Positions 47,029 through 50,463 of a stretch of 50,463 bases of DNA are shown here, piece after piece. The translations under genes were made by a program, and so were the position numbers. The DNA is taken from UHGV virus genome UHGV-1368742; one strand, given 5' to 3'. Under the pieces are notes generated by a model. It saw only the letters and a list, made by a program, of their open reading frames with translations. It searched no databases and was not told the DNA's origin. The number at the start of each line of letters is the position of its first letter. Position 1 is the stretch's first letter. Source of the DNA: a virus.

Positions 47029-48222
47029 AGGCAATGACTTCTTTTCCTTACGCATAAATCTGCTAAAATCAAGGTTATATTTTATACTATCAACTTCTGT
47101 GATTCCTACTGCATAAGCTACAAGGCAATTACAAACAGAGCCTCTTCCCTTTCCTGTTTCAATTCCATTTTCTTTCGCCCATGTTATGTAGTCTCTAACA
47201 ATAAGGAAATAGTCTGCAAATCCGTGGTAATTAATTACTTCCAATTCCTCTTTGCATCTTTTCCAATATTTCTTGTTCCATTTGTTTCTGTTTTTCAATC
47301 CCTGTTTTGTTAATGTTTCAAGCTGTTTCGCTCCATTATCTGATATTTTAGGAAGTTCTAGCTCCAAACCATCTAATATGTTATCTTCTACTTTGTTATA
47401 TATTTCTTTCATGTTATCTGCAAATCTTTCTGCAAGTTCCATTGGTCTTTTAAACTTCTTTTTATAGATTTTTGCAAATCTTTCTGTTATCTCATACTCT
47501 GTAGGCATGTACCTTTCACTGTATGTTCTTTTTACATCCAATGTTGTTTTTCCAATTTCATGCATTTTACAATATGTATCGAAATCTTCCTTACTTCCAA
47601 AATGTGAGTCACTTGTTAGAATACATTTAATATGTTTTCTTCTTGCCATTCCCATAAGTTCATAGTCTGTTCTTTGTTGTGTACCCTGTTCATCTATTTT
47701 ATATGGCTGTATTTCAACATACAAATCTTCTTTAAATATTTCCTTGAACTTATCTAGCAAACGCTCTGCTGTGCTTCTATGACCATTTAAAATGGCTTGT
47801 GATGTTGCACTTGCTATACAAGCTGTTGTACATATAAGTCCATCTGAATATTTTTCAAGTAACTTAAAATCAACTATTGGTTTGTAATAGAATTGTTTTG
47901 TGTTCGCTTCTGTCATAATGTGACATAAATTTTTGTACCCTTGCAAATTCTTCACAAACAAATTCAGATGGTAGCTTTTTCTCTGTGGATTTTCTTTATT
48001 GAATTTTGGTTGAAAATATATTTCACATCCCATGACTGGTTTTATTCCAACTTCATTACACGCTTGGTAGTGTTTTATTAATCCACTAATAGAACCATGA
48101 TTACTTACACCTAACGCTCTATATCCTAATTCTTTTGCGTGTTTTGCTAACTGTTCTGGCTTACCAAATCCATCAAACAATGAATATTCATCATGTCTGT
48201 GGATATCCCAAAAATTTCCCAT
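47029..48222 (-). CDS. dnaE: DnaE-type DNA polymerase III alpha, exon 1 (PHP domain)
   Basis: MGNFWDIHRHDEYSLFDGFGKPEQLAKHAKELGYRALGVSNHGSISG matches the PHP-domain signature. Ends ...ITEVDSIKYNLDFSRFMRKEKKSLP, before the intron. Confidence 0.75.
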
Positions 48223-48303
48223 TCTTCTTTCTTCCTTTCTGTTCTCTATTTTCTACTTAATTATAACAAAAGGGGCTGAAAAAATCAACCCCTATGTACA
48301 ACT

Positions 48304-48585
48304 TTATTTTACTGTTTTCTGTTTAATAACTTCCTCAATCTCTCCAACTCTTCTTCTTGTCTCATTAATAGAATTATGAATCTCTTTAATTCTACACTCA
48401 AGTATTTCTTCAATGTTAAGTAAACGCTTATCGAATTCTGTATTTATTTTATCAAACTGATTCCACATATTACGACCAATCGCATCAAACGAATTTTCAA
48501 TTCTGCTCTTCTCTAATGCCTTTTCAAATCCTCGCTTCTCTGCTTTTCTGATTTTCTTTTCATATTTTGTTCTTGTAATAAACAT
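48304..48585 (-). CDS. hypothetical coiled-coil protein (start revised to MFITRTKY at 48585, RBS GGGAGG)
   Basis: The listed ORF 48304..48708 overlaps the SSB gene. An internal ATG with a strong RBS (gggaggaataaattt) sits immediately after the SSB stop. Confidence 0.4.
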   Translation of the reverse strand: MFITRTKYEKKIRKAEKRGFEKALEKSRIENSFDAIGRNMWNQFDKINTEFDKRLLNIEEILECRIKEIHNSINETRRRVGEIEEVIKQKTVK

Positions 48586-48589
48586 AAAT

Positions 48590-49387
48590 TTATTCCTCCC
48601 AATCGTCCTCTTCTTCATCCCAATCATCAGATTCATTTTCTTCGTCTGCTTCTTCCAAAAGGTCAATGTAATATTCTTTTGACTTCTTTTGTTTACAATC
48701 AATTCCACGTTCTTTGCACAACTTGTAAAGCTCCTGTGGCTTCATGCTTTCGTAATCGTTTGTTTCTTCCTCTTCTTCATCCCAATCGTCTGTTTCTTCT
48801 ACTTTTGTTTTGGCTTTTGTTTTGTTTGATTTCTTCTTAGGTGCATCCTCTTCCTCAAAATCTTCATTGTTATCTGCTGGATATGCCTTATCAATATATT
48901 TCAAAATTGCTGAATCAGATAATGGCTTTACTTTGTTATTTCTGAATTTTGCTTTGTCCAGTGGAATTACAGAATATGTTGTGTTCTGTCCTTTTCCAAT
49001 TCTTTTAATCTCATAGTCTCTATCGAGAAGTGTTCCATATGTTTCATATAATGAAGCAAGTGCGGGAACTGGTGAACAGTTATTAACCGCCGCCATCAGA
49101 AGTTTTACCTCTTTACTTTCAAAATCATAGACACTCCAAACATACATTTTTCGTGTCCTTAAATTTTCGTCCTCACAATACTCACATTCTCTTCCAAACT
49201 CCTCTTGGCATGGAACATTCACACCTAAAGCAAAACTATCATGAAACTTAATTTCCAAACCATCTTCCATATCTGTTAAGAATCTTACTCTTGCTTTTGA
49301 ATCCTCTTTGAAAAACATAAACTTTCCTTTGCTTGTTCCACTCTTACTAATTTCGCTTTTAATGTCTGATAACTTAATTTTTCCCAT
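48590..49387 (-). CDS. gp32-like ssDNA-binding protein with zinc subdomain, SAP-like motif and acidic tail
   Basis: ARVRFLTD...FHDSFALGVNVPCQEEFGRECEYC has a His/Cys3 spacing like T4 gp32 (H-x11-C-x7-C-x2-C). Ends DDWDEEEDDWEE. The likely start is MGKIKLSD at 49387 (RBS AAAGGAG). Confidence 0.55.
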   Translation of the reverse strand: MGKIKLSDIKSEISKSGTSKGKFMFFKEDSKARVRFLTDMEDGLEIKFHDSFALGVNVPCQEEFGRECEYCEDENLRTRKMYVWSVYDFESKEVKLLMAAVNNCSPVPALASLYETYGTLLDRDYEIKRIGKGQNTTYSVIPLDKAKFRNNKVKPLSDSAILKYIDKAYPADNNEDFEEEDAPKKKSNKTKAKTKVEETDDWDEEEEETNDYESMKPQELYKLCKERGIDCKQKKSKEYYIDLLEEADEENESDDWDEEEDDWEE

Positions 49388-49400
49388 GTTGTTTCTCCTT

Positions 49401-49784
49401 TTATTCTTTTGATATGTTTGTTTTATACTCACCGATTTCTACTGCACAAAACTGTTTTGGATTTATGATATAACCACCGAACTCTACAACTGCATTTGCA
49501 TCTTCAAGATAACATTGTTTTATCACTTGAACTATTCTATTGACAGAATCTTTCATTGTTCGTTTTGCTTGTTTTACAATTTCTGTTAAAAGCATTTCAT
49601 CAAAGCTTGCTTTATCTTCGTCACGCATAAATCCGAATTTTGTTTCATATTCGCTACAAATCAGTTTGTACTCTTCACTTTCTTCATTATACTCTCCATG
49701 TACCACCCTGTCAATCGTTAATTTTTCAAGCGTATCTTTATGATATAAATTCATTTTACAAGTTACTTTATATTTCAGCACCAT
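49401..49784 (-). CDS. hypothetical protein
   Basis: 127-aa ORF between the primase and the SSB. Confidence 0.4.
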   Translation of the reverse strand: MVLKYKVTCKMNLYHKDTLEKLTIDRVVHGEYNEESEEYKLICSEYETKFGFMRDEDKASFDEMLLTEIVKQAKRTMKDSVNRIVQVIKQCYLEDANAVVEFGGYIINPKQFCAVEIGEYKTNISKE

Positions 49785-50463
49785 GCTTTCTGACCCTCCT
49801 GGAACGCTGTTTAGCGGCTTTTATTTCTTCCTCTGACATTTCCCCCACATCTTTCTTATCAGCTGGATAATCAAAGCGTATAACATTAAAAAACCGCTTT
49901 AAATACTCTGTTCCTTTTATTCCGCATTCGTCATTGTCCAATGCAGATATTACTGTTGTAATTCCTTTTTGTTTTAATTTGTTCACCTGTTCATCTGATA
50001 TATGCCATCCTAGTATTGCAACAACATTTTTTATATGTCCTCTTGTTTTAAGACTTAAATAATCCATGAATCCCTCACATATATACGGAATGCAGTTCTC
50101 TTCATATGTTCCACATAATGTGTCACGCTTTCTGAACCCCTCATTGTATAAATACTTTCTTTTCTTTTCAACATGCGGGTTCGTTGTTCTTCCTACCCAT
50201 CCCATAAACTTTCCATTGTCCAATATCGGAAATATAAATGGATAAGCAACATTATAATTGTATTTACACTTTGAAACATTCAATGCACGTTTGCTGAATC
50301 CGCGTTTCTTCATGTATTCAATTATTTGCTTTTCATCCCTGCTATCTGCTTTATTCCAATCTGTTGTTTTTAACCCATAGTAATAATCCTTTGCTTCAAT
50401 CAATGCTTGCTTGCTTTGTTTCTTCCTTTTTCTTTTAACCTTTATCTGCAACTTTTCTATTTT
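49768..50463 (-). CDS. DnaG-type primase, RNA-polymerase/Toprim part; 5' end runs off window end
   Basis: EGFMDYLSL...VVAILGWHISDEQVNKLKQKGITTVISALDNDECGIKGTEYL matches the Toprim signature DxD..G. The frame stays open to position 50463, in phase with the zinc-finger ORF ending at position 1. Confidence 0.75.
   Translation of the reverse strand, partial: KIEKLQIKVKRKRKKQSKQALIEAKDYYYGLKTTDWNKADSRDEKQIIEYMKKRGFSKRALNVSKCKYNYNVAYPFIFPILDNGKFMGWVGRTTNPHVEKKRKYLYNEGFRKRDTLCGTYEENCIPYICEGFMDYLSLKTRGHIKNVVAILGWHISDEQVNKLKQKGITTVISALDNDECGIKGTEYLKRFFNVIRFDYPADKKDVGEMSEEEIKAAKQRSRRVRKHGAEI

Noticed and set aside
303-50000. All plus-strand ORFs in the track (e.g. 303..617, 11646..12368, 32044..32538, 35749..36123, 43769..44116)
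   Set aside because: Each lies antisense inside a well-supported minus-strand gene. They have Phe/Leu/Ser/Cys-rich low-complexity translations typical of antisense frames in AT-rich DNA. None has an RBS or a recognisable motif.
1-50463. Integrase, excisionase or CI/Cro-type repressor (temperate lifestyle), reverse transcriptase/DGR, CRISPR, toxin-antitoxin
   Set aside because: No tyrosine- or serine-recombinase, RT or repeat-spacer signatures were recognised in any frame. Absence by eye is weak evidence but nothing supports calling them.

Overview
The window reads as a nearly complete AT-rich tailed-phage genome (siphovirus-type, long tape-measure protein), probably of a low-GC Firmicutes/Clostridia host. 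Essentially every credible gene is on the minus strand, so transcription runs from high to low coordinates. A DnaG-like primase ORF runs off both ends in the same frame (Toprim domain at 49768..50463, zinc finger at 267..1), so the window probably spans a whole circular or circularly permuted genome. Order along the transcript: replication/recombination module (primase, gp32-like SSB, split DnaE-type polymerase, RecA-like, Cas4-like nuclease, HNH-RuvC resolvase, Hjc-like resolvase, RNase H, ParB-like protein plus glycosyltransferase); two tRNAs; intron-interrupted terminase large subunit; two homing endonucleases; a tail-fibre/lysis cassette (beta-helix protein, holin, NlpC/P60 endolysin); portal, minor head protein, scaffold, decoration and capsid proteins, connectors, tail tube, chaperone, tape measure protein, Dit, Tal, fibre and a Flg_new-repeat receptor-binding candidate; a sigma-region-4 regulator with a strong terminator; then a block of small early-type genes driven by near-consensus sigmaA promoters. 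Main non-standard observations: three putative group I introns (one in terL carrying an HNH endonuclease, two ORF-less in the DnaE gene); a three-member HNH family, one fused in frame to a RuvC resolvase; a lysis/fibre cassette between terL and portal; a ParB-like/GT-A glycosyltransferase pair; Gly/Asn- and Cys-rich proteins reminiscent of spore-associated peptides; and repeated acidic SAP-tail modules. No integrase, repressor, CRISPR array or reverse transcriptase was seen. All calls rest on reading motifs by eye; nothing was searched against a database.
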